Source of the DNA: an uncultured virus (IMG/VR IMGVR_UViG_3300028107_000045)
Lineage: Duplodnaviria > Heunggongvirae > Uroviricota > Caudoviricetes
Virus record (IMG/VR): IMGVR_UViG_3300028107_000045
Direction: 5' to 3' (one strand)
Length of the DNA: 64,000 nucleotides
Below, piece by piece: positions 46,550 through 55,900 of the stretch; positions within the stretch are counted from its first letter, which is position 1, and each line of letters begins with the position of its first letter. The notes beneath the pieces are model-generated. The model searched no databases. It was given only the letters and a program-made list of their open reading frames with translations, and was not told where the DNA came from. The translations under genes were made by a program, and so were the position numbers.

Positions 46550-46571
46550 TTACTTAAGAAGAGCACCGGCA

Positions 46572-48083
46572 ATGGCAGATAAGCCCGAAGACCTCAAAGG
46601 CAGTAAGAACCTAGTAGTCTACATGACTGCTCGGTCCTTGCAACGAGGCAGGAAACACCTGAATTATGCTGGGGCACATGGTTACAGTTATACCATCGCC
46701 AACGAAGGCAAGAAAAAGCTGGCTAAAGACGTCGCTACTACAAGTGGGTACTACACTGGTAACAACCAGCGCGCTAACACCGTAGTAGTGGTAGACGACA
46801 TCCTTAGTCTGACAGTAGCTAACACACACTCAGTGTTCACGGCGGTACTGCGTGCATTTGAGGCCGTGCTCGCACTGTACCTGGAACCAGAGTCCCCTTA
46901 TAAGAACCTTTGCATTATTACGCCCCACAAGGAGCTACAAGAGGTTTGGAAGCTAAAGGATGACAAAGTACAGGTTGGTTACCGAATCAACCGTATGGAG
47001 CTTACGCAGAAGGATGTAGACGTACTGCAAGAGCTTTTGGTTACGATTAGTAAGTTCAAAGAGACCGATAGCAGGATTATCTTTGACTTTAGCGGTAGTG
47101 CGGAAGGGGGTACTGGTAATAAACAAGCACACAAGTGTTTGGAGATCGCCGAGGTCATCAGTTTGTTTGGTGAACCTAATACCACTGACTTGCATGTAAT
47201 CCCGCGCAAGGTCTACGAGAACCCTGAATCGGACTTCAACAAGATCGTCTCGGCTAGCCGTTGGTATTTCGGAAGTGTGAGTGCTGAGGAGTTTTACGAT
47301 AAGCAACACGGGTACCGTAAGTACGGGTTTGGTAAGGTAGAGCCAGACAAGAACTATTATGGTAAGCAGACTCCCGACGTTACTTACTCGGCATTGTTTA
47401 CCAAGGAGCCGATTGCGCTGCTGGACAAGCTCTATGAGTTTACCAGACGCAAGATCGACAACCCTGATGGTTACTTGGTAGCTGGTGATCTCAACCACCT
47501 AACCAGTAAAGAAGTAGCGCGGATGGTTGACACGCATCCTGCTATCCGTGAGGGCAACAACTTGGTGTCGCCTGTTACTAAGGGCAACGGTAAACCGGTA
47601 TTGATTGAACTGATCAGCCCGGTGTTGATGTCTTACCGTATTCGTGACGCTTTGGCAGAGCTCGATGTGATCCTTAACTCGTACAAGGCTAAAGATGAGT
47701 CCAACGTCTTTGGTTACTTGAAGTTTTACGAGATCACGGATTTGATCTATACCAAGGAAGCCAACAAGAAGGGTGACGTTAAGGTCAAGTTGCATTCTGA
47801 CTTTAACCAGCTTAAGTCAGTGTTTAAAGTACCGGTAGAACACCCTAACGCGGTTAAGCCTGTACCGTTGACTATTAATGTTGGTTATGACATACCTGAG
47901 CGCAATGCTTTCAACTCAGTGGAAGACCCCGAGGTAAAGGTTTGGGTAGCAGTAGACACGCGTAACAGCAAAGGTCTGCGTTACTGCACGTTGGTAGAGA
48001 CTACTGATTGGATTTACATCCATACGTCAGCAGTAGCTAACCTGCGGGTATTGAACCTGGCTGAGTTGGGTCAAAAGAAATAA
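46572..48083 (+). CDS. RNase H-like protein (phiKZ gp155-like), catalytic motifs diverged
   Basis: GAHGYSY strand, GNKQAH in place of GNxxAD, GKVEPD..YYGKQTPD; synteny with the RecA-like gene. Confidence 0.6.
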   Translation: MADKPEDLKGSKNLVVYMTARSLQRGRKHLNYAGAHGYSYTIANEGKKKLAKDVATTSGYYTGNNQRANTVVVVDDILSLTVANTHSVFTAVLRAFEAVLALYLEPESPYKNLCIITPHKELQEVWKLKDDKVQVGYRINRMELTQKDVDVLQELLVTISKFKETDSRIIFDFSGSAEGGTGNKQAHKCLEIAEVISLFGEPNTTDLHVIPRKVYENPESDFNKIVSASRWYFGSVSAEEFYDKQHGYRKYGFGKVEPDKNYYGKQTPDVTYSALFTKEPIALLDKLYEFTRRKIDNPDGYLVAGDLNHLTSKEVARMVDTHPAIREGNNLVSPVTKGNGKPVLIELISPVLMSYRIRDALAELDVILNSYKAKDESNVFGYLKFYEITDLIYTKEANKKGDVKVKLHSDFNQLKSVFKVPVEHPNAVKPVPLTINVGYDIPERNAFNSVEDPEVKVWVAVDTRNSKGLRYCTLVETTDWIYIHTSAVANLRVLNLAELGQKK

Positions 48084-48134
48084 GCATAGCCCCCTACCCC
48101 AGTCCACTAAGGGCCGGGGTAGGGGGCTATGCTT
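48082..48134. terminator. bidirectional CCTAC-family terminator
   Basis: 19-bp arms AAGCATAGCCCCCTACCCC / GGGGTAGGGGGCTATGCTT between convergent genes. Confidence 0.8.
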
Positions 48135-48136
48135 GC

Positions 48137-49003
48137 TTAGTACTTAAGTCCTTGCAACGTTTTCAGCTGCGAGTTGAACACAGCAGTCAGTTCGTTGAGC
48201 AGGACCATCATCACGCCAGCTACGTTAGTAAGCTCAGCAAACTTGTTGACGATCGCTTCGATGTCGTCTACAGCCTTCTGATCAAACATGATGTCGTTGG
48301 CATGGATTTTCTGCACCAGGATACGACCCAGGTCGTAAACGTCGCTGAGGACCTTAGCGGTGATCTCAGCGTCACGGGCACCCATGGTACGCACAGACTG
48401 GTTGTACGTGTTCATGCAGCTCCAGATTTCGTCGTAGCTGACGTAGAGCTGGCCCATGTTGTAATTGAGGTTACGACCGGTCTCTGGCAGGTTCTTGATG
48501 AACTCTTCCGAGCGGTTTACAGCCATACCAAACTCACCAATCGTCCACCTGAAATCAGTGTCCATACGGCCTTTGGTGAGGATCTGTTTTAACCAATCAT
48601 ATAGTCTCGATGCTTCTGTTTTGAGGCTACTGATGATATACACACCATCGACAACAGCCTTGGTGTGAGCCATCATGTTGCCCAGGCCCGGGTGGTAGTT
48701 GATCGGGGCCAGGAGCTCGATGTGGGTGTTTTTAACGAAGAGGATTTCGTTACGTTCCAGGTGTTTCTGGGTTGGTACGAAATCAACCGTGTGGATGCTC
48801 TTGGCCAGCACCGCCATACGTTTGTCGATGGCAGTCGAGACCTCTTTAAAAAACAGACCGAAGCGTTCACCAATACCGAGGGCTTCAAAGCCAGCCAATG
48901 CTACTTGATTTGGATACTTTACTGCAACGATCAGTTCGGCTCGTTCGGCTGCGGTGAAGTCAGTAACGATGGGATTAGCCTTACCCATGGCGGATTGTTT
49001 CAT
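48137..49003 (-). CDS. putative head/virion protein (phiKZ gp153-like)
   Basis: AGFE candidate protease site near the N-terminus; lies between RNase H-like and RecA-like genes. Confidence 0.65.
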   Translation of the reverse strand: MKQSAMGKANPIVTDFTAAERAELIVAVKYPNQVALAGFEALGIGERFGLFFKEVSTAIDKRMAVLAKSIHTVDFVPTQKHLERNEILFVKNTHIELLAPINYHPGLGNMMAHTKAVVDGVYIISSLKTEASRLYDWLKQILTKGRMDTDFRWTIGEFGMAVNRSEEFIKNLPETGRNLNYNMGQLYVSYDEIWSCMNTYNQSVRTMGARDAEITAKVLSDVYDLGRILVQKIHANDIMFDQKAVDDIEAIVNKFAELTNVAGVMMVLLNELTAVFNSQLKTLQGLKY

Positions 49004-49084
49004 AACTACCTCTTAATAGGTATATGTCGGGTAGGGCAAATTGCCCTTCTGTGGAATTTTCATAAAATACAGGATGATCGTAGT

Positions 49085-50563
49085 ATGACCACCCCTTTTA
49101 GCTTTATTGAGGAAGTTGAGTCGTCGGATTCTATTATTCCGGCGTTTAACGTAAACCCTGTATCCGACATGATCAACGGGGAATACGTTGTTGGTAAAGA
49201 TGGGATTACCTTCCTCAACGGCGGGGCTGTACACAACAACGCAAAGACTGGTGGTAGCAACACGCAGAAAACCGGTAGCACCATTGAAGACATTGTAGCG
49301 GTACTGTGGCGTATCCCTACTTCGGTTGCATTCGTGGTGGATATCGAGGCTACTCTGCAGATGACTCGTATTGCGAAAGCTTACGACCGACACAGTGGGG
49401 TGCCTGGTGAGTTCATGGCAGAAGTGTTCAACAAACGCTTCTTCTATTTCAACAAGAATGACACCAACGCCAACCCGTTCAAGAACCCTGCACTGATGGG
49501 CACCATTGCTGGTGTTGACGGTACCTGGGTACACCATTTGTTCAAAGACCTGAATGCCATGGTTAAGGCAGATATCAAGGCTAAGAAGCCAGGTATCTAC
49601 ATGGACCTGCCTTACCTGGGTAACGACGGTAAACCACTGCAACACATCACACCGATCATGTCGTTCGTCGACTCGATCTCGGAAATGCCTTTCCACAAAG
49701 TGTCGGCTCACTTCCAAGAAGGTGACGTGGACGAAGGTGGCGAGAAGCGTACCCGTGACATGCAGATCGGTAACATGCGTCGGATCGTGTATGAAGACGC
49801 AGATAACCTCGGTGGCGAAATCGGTATGCTGCAATGGTGGACTGCTCAGATCACCGACGTGATCAACATGAGTGGTCGGCCACAAGAGAAAGAAACTGTA
49901 TTCATCTCGCCTGGCAAGAAACTGAAAGCACCGCGCTCGATGCTGCGTATTCCGCAAACCGGTATTCGTATCGTTAGCGGTAGTGCAATGAAAAACAACC
50001 AGGAGTGGATGTACCCTAATCCATTCGGACCTGACGTACAACTTGACCCAAATGCAAAAGAGAACCCCGATCTTCTTTATTACCCATTTAACGTATTCCG
50101 CAATAAGAGTGGCCTTTCTGGTGGCGACTTTTTCTTTATTGGCTCTCAAAGCCTCGGAGTACAAATTGGTCTGACCATGTACCACGCCTGCAAGACCTCG
50201 AAGATGTGGGGTTTTGAGGGTAGTGCAATCAGCCACTGGAACGTACTGTATCCTGAACTTAAAGTAGGTCGTACTACTATTTGGGATAAGACCCTGTCTG
50301 ACGCCAAGTTGTATCGTGCACTGACCATTTGCTACCAGATGGCCCACATGCAACAGATCTGGTTGGACCTGGATAAGAAATACCGGATCACGCCTAAAGA
50401 GCTCTACGAAAAAATCAAAGAGCAAGGCTACGACTGGAATGACATCCTGGAAAACACCGTAGATTACTGGCACACCAACCCACGTATTAAGAAGCACTCC
50501 TTGTCCACTATGGAGCTGCTGAAAATTGCAATCGGTGAGCGTAAGCCTTACTGGATCAAGTAA
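49085..50563 (+). CDS. RecA/UvsX/RadA-like recombinase (phiKZ gp152-like)
   Basis: Variant Walker A GGSNTQKT, VVDIEAT, Walker B FVDSIS, RNKSGLSG, SQSLGV; ATG 49085 after AGGA. Confidence 0.85.
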   Translation: MTTPFSFIEEVESSDSIIPAFNVNPVSDMINGEYVVGKDGITFLNGGAVHNNAKTGGSNTQKTGSTIEDIVAVLWRIPTSVAFVVDIEATLQMTRIAKAYDRHSGVPGEFMAEVFNKRFFYFNKNDTNANPFKNPALMGTIAGVDGTWVHHLFKDLNAMVKADIKAKKPGIYMDLPYLGNDGKPLQHITPIMSFVDSISEMPFHKVSAHFQEGDVDEGGEKRTRDMQIGNMRRIVYEDADNLGGEIGMLQWWTAQITDVINMSGRPQEKETVFISPGKKLKAPRSMLRIPQTGIRIVSGSAMKNNQEWMYPNPFGPDVQLDPNAKENPDLLYYPFNVFRNKSGLSGGDFFFIGSQSLGVQIGLTMYHACKTSKMWGFEGSAISHWNVLYPELKVGRTTIWDKTLSDAKLYRALTICYQMAHMQQIWLDLDKKYRITPKELYEKIKEQGYDWNDILENTVDYWHTNPRIKKHSLSTMELLKIAIGERKPYWIK

Positions 50564-50640
50564 GGCGGACCTTTTATAGGGGGATCCGTGTTTATTTACC
50601 GGGTCCCTACTATACTTTTATTTTTGTTTGGGGGTTTAGG

Positions 50641-51012
50641 ATGACACCTGTCCAAAGTAGTAACGTAATCCTGGTGGTTGCTGATAGCAACTTCTGTAGT
50701 CTGTGCGAAAACGTGGACGACTATATCGTTCGCCTGCACAAGGTGTTGTCCGATCGACAGTCCGCTTATACGTTGATGACTGTAAGCGGTAAGTACGGTA
50801 TCAGTGCGTTGGATGAAACCGTTAGTGCTCTGCCGGTAGATGACAAGAACAAAACTGTGTTCGGTCAAAACCTGGAAAACATTTCCGGTCTGTTCGACGA
50901 ACTCCTGGTACTGACCAACACCGTAAGTGACCCGTATATCAACGTTGCCAAAGAGGCAATGGGTAACGCACACAAAACCATCACTACCTACGGTTACCGG
51001 AGAAAGCAATAA
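50641..51012 (+). CDS. hypothetical protein, possibly degenerate SLOG/YspA-like fold
   Basis: Alternating beta/alpha pattern VILVVADSNF..LMTVSG..FDELLVL; fold tentative. Confidence 0.6.
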   Translation: MTPVQSSNVILVVADSNFCSLCENVDDYIVRLHKVLSDRQSAYTLMTVSGKYGISALDETVSALPVDDKNKTVFGQNLENISGLFDELLVLTNTVSDPYINVAKEAMGNAHKTITTYGYRRKQ

Positions 51013-51695
51013 TGGCCAGTAACCGCAAGGCCTTTGAAGCCTACGTGCTGGACTTCATGGGCGAAGTAACCAAGGGTGGCGGTAATAAGGTTATTTACGA
51101 GCGCTTGTTTAAAGCCCTCAACAACGAACAGTTAGAAGCCCTTGTAGTAAAGATGGAGCAGGGTATGCCTCTGAGCATCTGGGTTTCTAACTGGAACCGT
51201 AAAGAAATGATCGAATACGAACGTATCTTGCGGTTGTCCAAGAAATACGGTGTGGTTATCGAACAGCAGTTGATCGTTTACGACGCAGACACCGGCATCA
51301 AGTCGATGACTCCACACACGGCTATTACTGGTCTGGTACGTTTCCGTAAGCAACGTCAGATGCAGGTTACCAAGTTTGGTGCTGCCGCGAACGATTACAG
51401 TATCGACGACCTCACTGGTCAGGTAATGGGTGATTCCCGTTCTACTGGTATTAGTCAGCCAGAGATTACCGTACTCCGTAACTTGGGGTTGGATATCATG
51501 GCTAACGAATTGTACAACGTTAAGGGCGGTGACTTGGATGCGTTGAAGCATTACAAGAACGAACTGTTGACCACTGGTAAGACCAACACCAACGCTAGCT
51601 TACAGCGTGGCACAATCGCCAAGGTATTGTCTTCGGTCTACCATCTTTTCCGTGGGCGGCACTTGGACTCTAACTTTAACAAAAGGCTTGGGTAA
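51012..51695 (+). CDS. virion RNA polymerase beta subunit, C-terminal part (phiKZ gp149-like)
   Basis: RKQRQ..K, IDDLTGQV.G.S...IS.PE...L...G.....E...VKGGD matches the RpoB C-terminal region. Confidence 0.9.
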   Translation: MASNRKAFEAYVLDFMGEVTKGGGNKVIYERLFKALNNEQLEALVVKMEQGMPLSIWVSNWNRKEMIEYERILRLSKKYGVVIEQQLIVYDADTGIKSMTPHTAITGLVRFRKQRQMQVTKFGAAANDYSIDDLTGQVMGDSRSTGISQPEITVLRNLGLDIMANELYNVKGGDLDALKHYKNELLTTGKTNTNASLQRGTIAKVLSSVYHLFRGRHLDSNFNKRLG

Positions 51696-51698
51696 CTT

Positions 51699-52223
51699 AT
51701 GGCTGAGCAAGCTCCACCACCAGCTCCTGCACCGGTGATCTTAGAAGAGAACCTGACAGGACTGCCATTCCTGCGTAACCTGGTAACTGGTTTGTTTTTC
51801 GAGTGGTCCAAGGACCAGGGCGATCCTTCCGTAGTTAGTTTCATGGATTCACTGCGGCAGATATTCCTGGAACCACTCATCAGCTTTGATAAAGCTTATG
51901 ACGTGTTCTGTAAGCACTGTACCGAAGGCGCAGGATCCAACAAGGTGGGCGACCACTGGCGTGCTTTCCAAATGGTTGTGTGGACCGAGTTGAACACCGA
52001 AGTTGACTCTACCATGATTGCGTTTTGTGACATGACGTCGCAGATCATGGCTGGTTCTCCTGGCGGTGAAAACCTGATCCCAGCCAAGCTACGTAAAAGC
52101 GAGAACTGGGTCAGCAACAGTAACGCTAAAACCAGTAAGACGCCGTTTGATTACGCGTTGTTATTGGCTATCCGTGTTTACGGTGCTTCCATTCGTCCTG
52201 AGTCACAACCAGCCCAGCAATAG
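51699..52223 (+). CDS. hypothetical protein
   Basis: 174 aa, operonic with the RNAP subunit. Confidence 0.75.
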   Translation: MAEQAPPPAPAPVILEENLTGLPFLRNLVTGLFFEWSKDQGDPSVVSFMDSLRQIFLEPLISFDKAYDVFCKHCTEGAGSNKVGDHWRAFQMVVWTELNTEVDSTMIAFCDMTSQIMAGSPGGENLIPAKLRKSENWVSNSNAKTSKTPFDYALLLAIRVYGASIRPESQPAQQ

Positions 52224-52231
52224 GTGTTTAA

Positions 52232-52969
52232 ATGAATCGTGTATTAGACGTCTATGCTGACGCAGAAGCGTTCTTTGATTACCGTCGCGGGCTGTTACAG
52301 TGTTTGATGACCGACCACATCACCGATCCTGATCAGCGTAAAGCAGAAGGGGATCGGTTGTGGGCTCTGTACATCGAGCGTAACTACCGCGATCGTAAGT
52401 TCGATACTTACAACTATACGCACATCGGTATCGACGAAGAGCGCTTTAAGGCTATTTTCGCACAACGTAGCTTGGAGCATTGGGGTACTGGGATGTACTA
52501 CCCCACCAAGTTGATCAAGACCATGATTGCTCGGATCATTGACATCGAAGGTCTGACTGAAAAGCCGATGGACATCAAGGAAGTCCGTCTGTATGTAAAC
52601 ACTTTCCCGTACCAGTTCGATGCAGAGCAAACTGCCGAACTAGTCGAGTGTATTCGTTATGGTCTGAAGGGCCTGGTTAAGGTACAAGCGATCTATTCCG
52701 ATCCTAGTGCGCACGACGCCAAGTTCTATGGCCAGTACAACTACGTGTTCCGCTATAACCTTTTGTTGGATGAGTCGTTTACTGCTCTGTCTGAAACGTT
52801 CATGGGGAATCCAATCCCTGAAACCAACTTCGTTATTCCTGATGTATTGGTACGTCCTAACGAGACCTTTGCTGGTCCGCACAAGGACTGGATGATGGCT
52901 AGCCTGTTGATGATGGCTCCTGCTATCAAGTTACTGCCTATTGAACATAGTCTCTACGACTATGAGTAA
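52232..52969 (+). CDS. conserved phiKZ-like protein (gp147-like)
   Basis: DAEAFFDYRRG, YRDRKFD and VNTFPYQF motifs; synteny. Confidence 0.7.
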   Translation: MNRVLDVYADAEAFFDYRRGLLQCLMTDHITDPDQRKAEGDRLWALYIERNYRDRKFDTYNYTHIGIDEERFKAIFAQRSLEHWGTGMYYPTKLIKTMIARIIDIEGLTEKPMDIKEVRLYVNTFPYQFDAEQTAELVECIRYGLKGLVKVQAIYSDPSAHDAKFYGQYNYVFRYNLLLDESFTALSETFMGNPIPETNFVIPDVLVRPNETFAGPHKDWMMASLLMMAPAIKLLPIEHSLYDYE

Positions 52970-52988
52970 AGGCGGAATAATTCCTATA

Positions 52989-53016
52989 CCCTACTGCACC
53001 CTAGGGTGCAGTAGGG
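52989..53016. terminator. perfect 28-bp palindrome, bidirectional CCTAC-family terminator
   Basis: CCCTACTGCACCCTAGGGTGCAGTAGGG between convergent genes. Confidence 0.8.
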
Positions 53017-53029
53017 CTTATAGTCTATT

Positions 53030-53557
53030 TTAAACGGGTGTGCCGTCGATACTGATAATCTGGTTACCCTGTACCAGCTCGGCTTCATTGATGGGCTTGA
53101 CATCCAAGCCATCAGTCAGCGACACGCTAGGGTCCAGCATAAAGCTAGTTACGTCGAATATTGGAATCTGGATAGCCCCAGTCTTAATCATCGACATAGC
53201 TTCAAGCATCTGGTTGAACGACAGCTTGTTGTCTTGGTTCTCTTGTTTCTTCATCCGCTCCTTACGGTCGTCACGGATTGCTTTCTCCATATGAGCAAGC
53301 AACGACGTAACACCTTCCAGCAGACTAGCGCTACCTGGTTTTTCCATGTAGGCTTTCATGGCGTACTGGAGCAAAAACTGGCGGTTCTTTTGCAGGGCCG
53401 TAATGAAGCTGACTTGTTCTTGGTCTTCTTCGGTAGGGGTTAACGTTTGTTGTAATAGAGCCAAAACCTCGTTAAGGTTATCGTCATCTATTTTACGTTT
53501 CTTGTCGACGAATGGGGTCGCCGATTCATCGGACTCTAAGACAAATGGACTTTCCAT
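53030..53557 (-). CDS. hypothetical protein
   Basis: 175-aa helical ORF. Confidence 0.75.
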   Translation of the reverse strand: MESPFVLESDESATPFVDKKRKIDDDNLNEVLALLQQTLTPTEEDQEQVSFITALQKNRQFLLQYAMKAYMEKPGSASLLEGVTSLLAHMEKAIRDDRKERMKKQENQDNKLSFNQMLEAMSMIKTGAIQIPIFDVTSFMLDPSVSLTDGLDVKPINEAELVQGNQIISIDGTPV

Positions 53558-53567
53558 AATTTTTTAA

Positions 53568-53585
53568 ACCTATATTACCAGGCTA
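53568..53585 (+). promoter_or_regulatory. phiKZ-type early promoter core
   Basis: TATATTAC at 53571-53578 in the divergent gap; no TTAA at the usual spacing. Confidence 0.6.
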
Positions 53586-53606
53586 GTAAGGTACAAAGGA
53601 TTCGTT

Positions 53607-54221
53607 ATGAACTTAGCGCTGCTCAAATTCAAAATGCTTGGTAACCTGCCGTTTGTCGGCAAACGTGTGCAGATCGATTACTACAATTCGTTGATGGAGT
53701 ATCTAGCCAACTTTGAAAAGCGGGTTAACAAACCCACAGTTAAATTTGACCAGATGATCCATGGTCTATACGATTGCCTGGTAGGTGCGCCAATTGCGAT
53801 CTGTGAAGACTTCGACTGGTTTATGACCTTAGGTATTACTGCCCATACAAAGACCGCGAGAGACGCCCTGGCGTTCGTTTACGCACTAGAAGAAAAGCAT
53901 CACTTTAAGTTTGATCCGTTCTTTAAGGAATTCCATGTCTCCAGTAAAGAGACCGACTTCCTGGCTTGGTATAGTAACTCTGATTCCGCAATGCATTTCA
54001 TTTGGGGGTTCTTGCAGTTGTTGCAATTATACTGTTTAGAAAACCCGATAAACGAGCAGGAAGGCGACACGTTTAAAGAACACCGTACAGTGATCACTGG
54101 TCCAACGTTGGAGTTCTTTAACTCGAGTTACTTCCGTTTAGTACTTGATGACTTTATTACTATCGTGCAAGTAGCGATAGACTCCCAGTTGAGGAGGTTA
54201 AATGACAAAGCAGAAAGATGA
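53607..54221 (+). CDS. hypothetical protein
   Basis: AAGGA RBS; 204 aa. Confidence 0.75.
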   Translation: MNLALLKFKMLGNLPFVGKRVQIDYYNSLMEYLANFEKRVNKPTVKFDQMIHGLYDCLVGAPIAICEDFDWFMTLGITAHTKTARDALAFVYALEEKHHFKFDPFFKEFHVSSKETDFLAWYSNSDSAMHFIWGFLQLLQLYCLENPINEQEGDTFKEHRTVITGPTLEFFNSSYFRLVLDDFITIVQVAIDSQLRRLNDKAER

Positions 54222-54654
54222 CATTCCAGCTAACCGACTTGATCGCATATCAAAGAAGTTTGTTCCGGACGAAAAGCTAGAGGATCCACCGGCCAGGTTG
54301 TTTAGACGGATCCTTAACAAGCTTGAGATGAATCCATTTAAGTGGTCCAACTATTTGGGTCGTTACTTGGATTGGATCGTAACAAATCCAGATCCCGAAA
54401 AAGCCAAGGACGAGAGGCAGACTCGTACTGGCAACATTCGGGATACTTATTTCCACAAACCCAACTTGAGCTTTGGTAAGTTCTTGGAGGGTTTGTCGAT
54501 TCTGGAAATTGAAGAATGTGAGATCGAAGTTACCGCTAAGGATATACACGGAAACATCATAAGGGTTTCAGACAAGATCAGAATGGTTAGTCGTGATCGG
54601 AAAGAACAGATCAACGAGAAGCTAGCCAAAGACGCAGAGAAACAAAAGAAATGA
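54202..54654 (+). CDS. conserved phiKZ-like hypothetical protein
   Basis: GAGGAGG RBS; ARLFRRIL..GNIR....PNLSFGKFLEGL. Confidence 0.75.
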   Translation: MTKQKDDIPANRLDRISKKFVPDEKLEDPPARLFRRILNKLEMNPFKWSNYLGRYLDWIVTNPDPEKAKDERQTRTGNIRDTYFHKPNLSFGKFLEGLSILEIEECEIEVTAKDIHGNIIRVSDKIRMVSRDRKEQINEKLAKDAEKQKK

Positions 54655-54660
54655 TGGAGG

Positions 54661-54716
54661 GGAGGTTAGGGGACTGAGTCCCTTAATCTCCTTACCTTCT
54701 TTTATTTTTTGTTTTC
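54661..54716 (+). terminator. Rho-independent terminator
   Basis: GGAGGTTAGGGGAC-tga-GTCCCTTAATCTCC, then TTTATTTTTTGTTTT. Confidence 0.7.
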
Positions 54717-54728
54717 GGGAGTTTATTA

Positions 54729-55850
54729 ATGGATGCTTTTAGTGGTATTAACTTAGCACCGGACTTAACGGCGTTTAAGAAAAACACCAATACGTCGATG
54801 CAGCGGGTTAAGGGTGACAACTTAACCCCTTACAACGTTACACAAAATCGCATGCAGACTGGTATCGCTACCAAAACTGCACGTGACACCGGGCTTAAAG
54901 GGACCATCACCGAATACCGCGACAGTGTGGTGGACGTACTGGATGGTATTGTCGGTATGTTGTCTGGTGGTTTGCTCAACACCAAGGACTTAACCAAAGC
55001 AGTTAAGGTTGGTCGTGACGGTGTAGTGTTTGACGAGAATGGTATCCTGGCGGCTGCTAGTCGTCGTATGGGTTACCCAGTCAATAGCCCAGAAGGTGCG
55101 ATGCGCAAGATTGCTGGCGATATCAGTCAGGAGTTCAAACGCATCACTGGTCTGAATATTGGCGGTCTCATTACCAGTGACGGGGAAACCTTCCGGGTTA
55201 CCAAGAACTGGCGTGGCAAGATGGGCGCTGAGACCATGCGCATGCTTGGTAAGTTAACTGGTATTGACGAATTCGTAGACCGTAGCGTAACTGCTTCGGT
55301 TTATAATAGCCTGTACTACAACACTGCCATGTTTGGTATGTCGGGTAGTTACCGGTCTATCTGGAACAGTTACCCGAATGGTTTTGGCTTCGCTCGCCGG
55401 GATGCCACACTGGAAGCTTTCCAGTACATGATCATCAACGGGGATATCGAGTCGATGACCGAAGTCCTCAAGTTACTGGATGAAGACGACGGTGGTACGG
55501 GTGCTAATAGCAAGATCCTGATGTCTAAGTACCCTAACCTGGTATCTACGCTGTTCAGTAACTTCAAGTTCGACGACGATGTGTTCCCTGAAGATTACCC
55601 TGCATTGCTGGAAAAGATGTTAGCAGTGCTGGAGAAAATCATCGGGCAACAATGGTGGCTGACTTACACCGAGTTTGGCATGGCGCAGAACCTCGCTATC
55701 ATGACTCGGGTAAGTAAGGACATGGTTACCTTGCTTAGTGGTTACCAACCGATCATCCCTTTGCTGGCTACTGCTGGTAAGTTCCAGGAAGTAAGTTGTT
55801 TGGTGGAACTACGGACCCAGTTCCGTGGGGCTGCCGAGTTCCCTCGTTAA
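54729..55850 (+). CDS. putative virion structural protein
   Basis: 373 aa; GGAG RBS; in the structural block. Confidence 0.7.
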   Translation: MDAFSGINLAPDLTAFKKNTNTSMQRVKGDNLTPYNVTQNRMQTGIATKTARDTGLKGTITEYRDSVVDVLDGIVGMLSGGLLNTKDLTKAVKVGRDGVVFDENGILAAASRRMGYPVNSPEGAMRKIAGDISQEFKRITGLNIGGLITSDGETFRVTKNWRGKMGAETMRMLGKLTGIDEFVDRSVTASVYNSLYYNTAMFGMSGSYRSIWNSYPNGFGFARRDATLEAFQYMIINGDIESMTEVLKLLDEDDGGTGANSKILMSKYPNLVSTLFSNFKFDDDVFPEDYPALLEKMLAVLEKIIGQQWWLTYTEFGMAQNLAIMTRVSKDMVTLLSGYQPIIPLLATAGKFQEVSCLVELRTQFRGAAEFPR

Positions 55851-55861
55851 TAACCCTATAC

Positions 55862-55894
55862 CCCTACCCCTAGCCGTTAAGGCTAGGGGTAGGG
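55862..55894. terminator. bidirectional CCTAC-family terminator
   Basis: CCCTACCCCTAGCC-gttaa-GGCTAGGGGTAGGG between convergent genes. Confidence 0.8.
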
Positions 55895-55900
55895 TGTATG

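Noticed and set aside
48665..49084. 140-aa N-terminal extension of the RecA-like ORF
   Set aside because: Overlaps the divergent gene 48137-49003; ATG 49085 has an RBS and begins the recognisable protein.
1514..55894. Hairpin family as CRISPR repeats or IS/MITE ends
   Set aside because: Copies are single, dispersed and non-identical, with no spacers, target-site duplications, cas or transposase genes.
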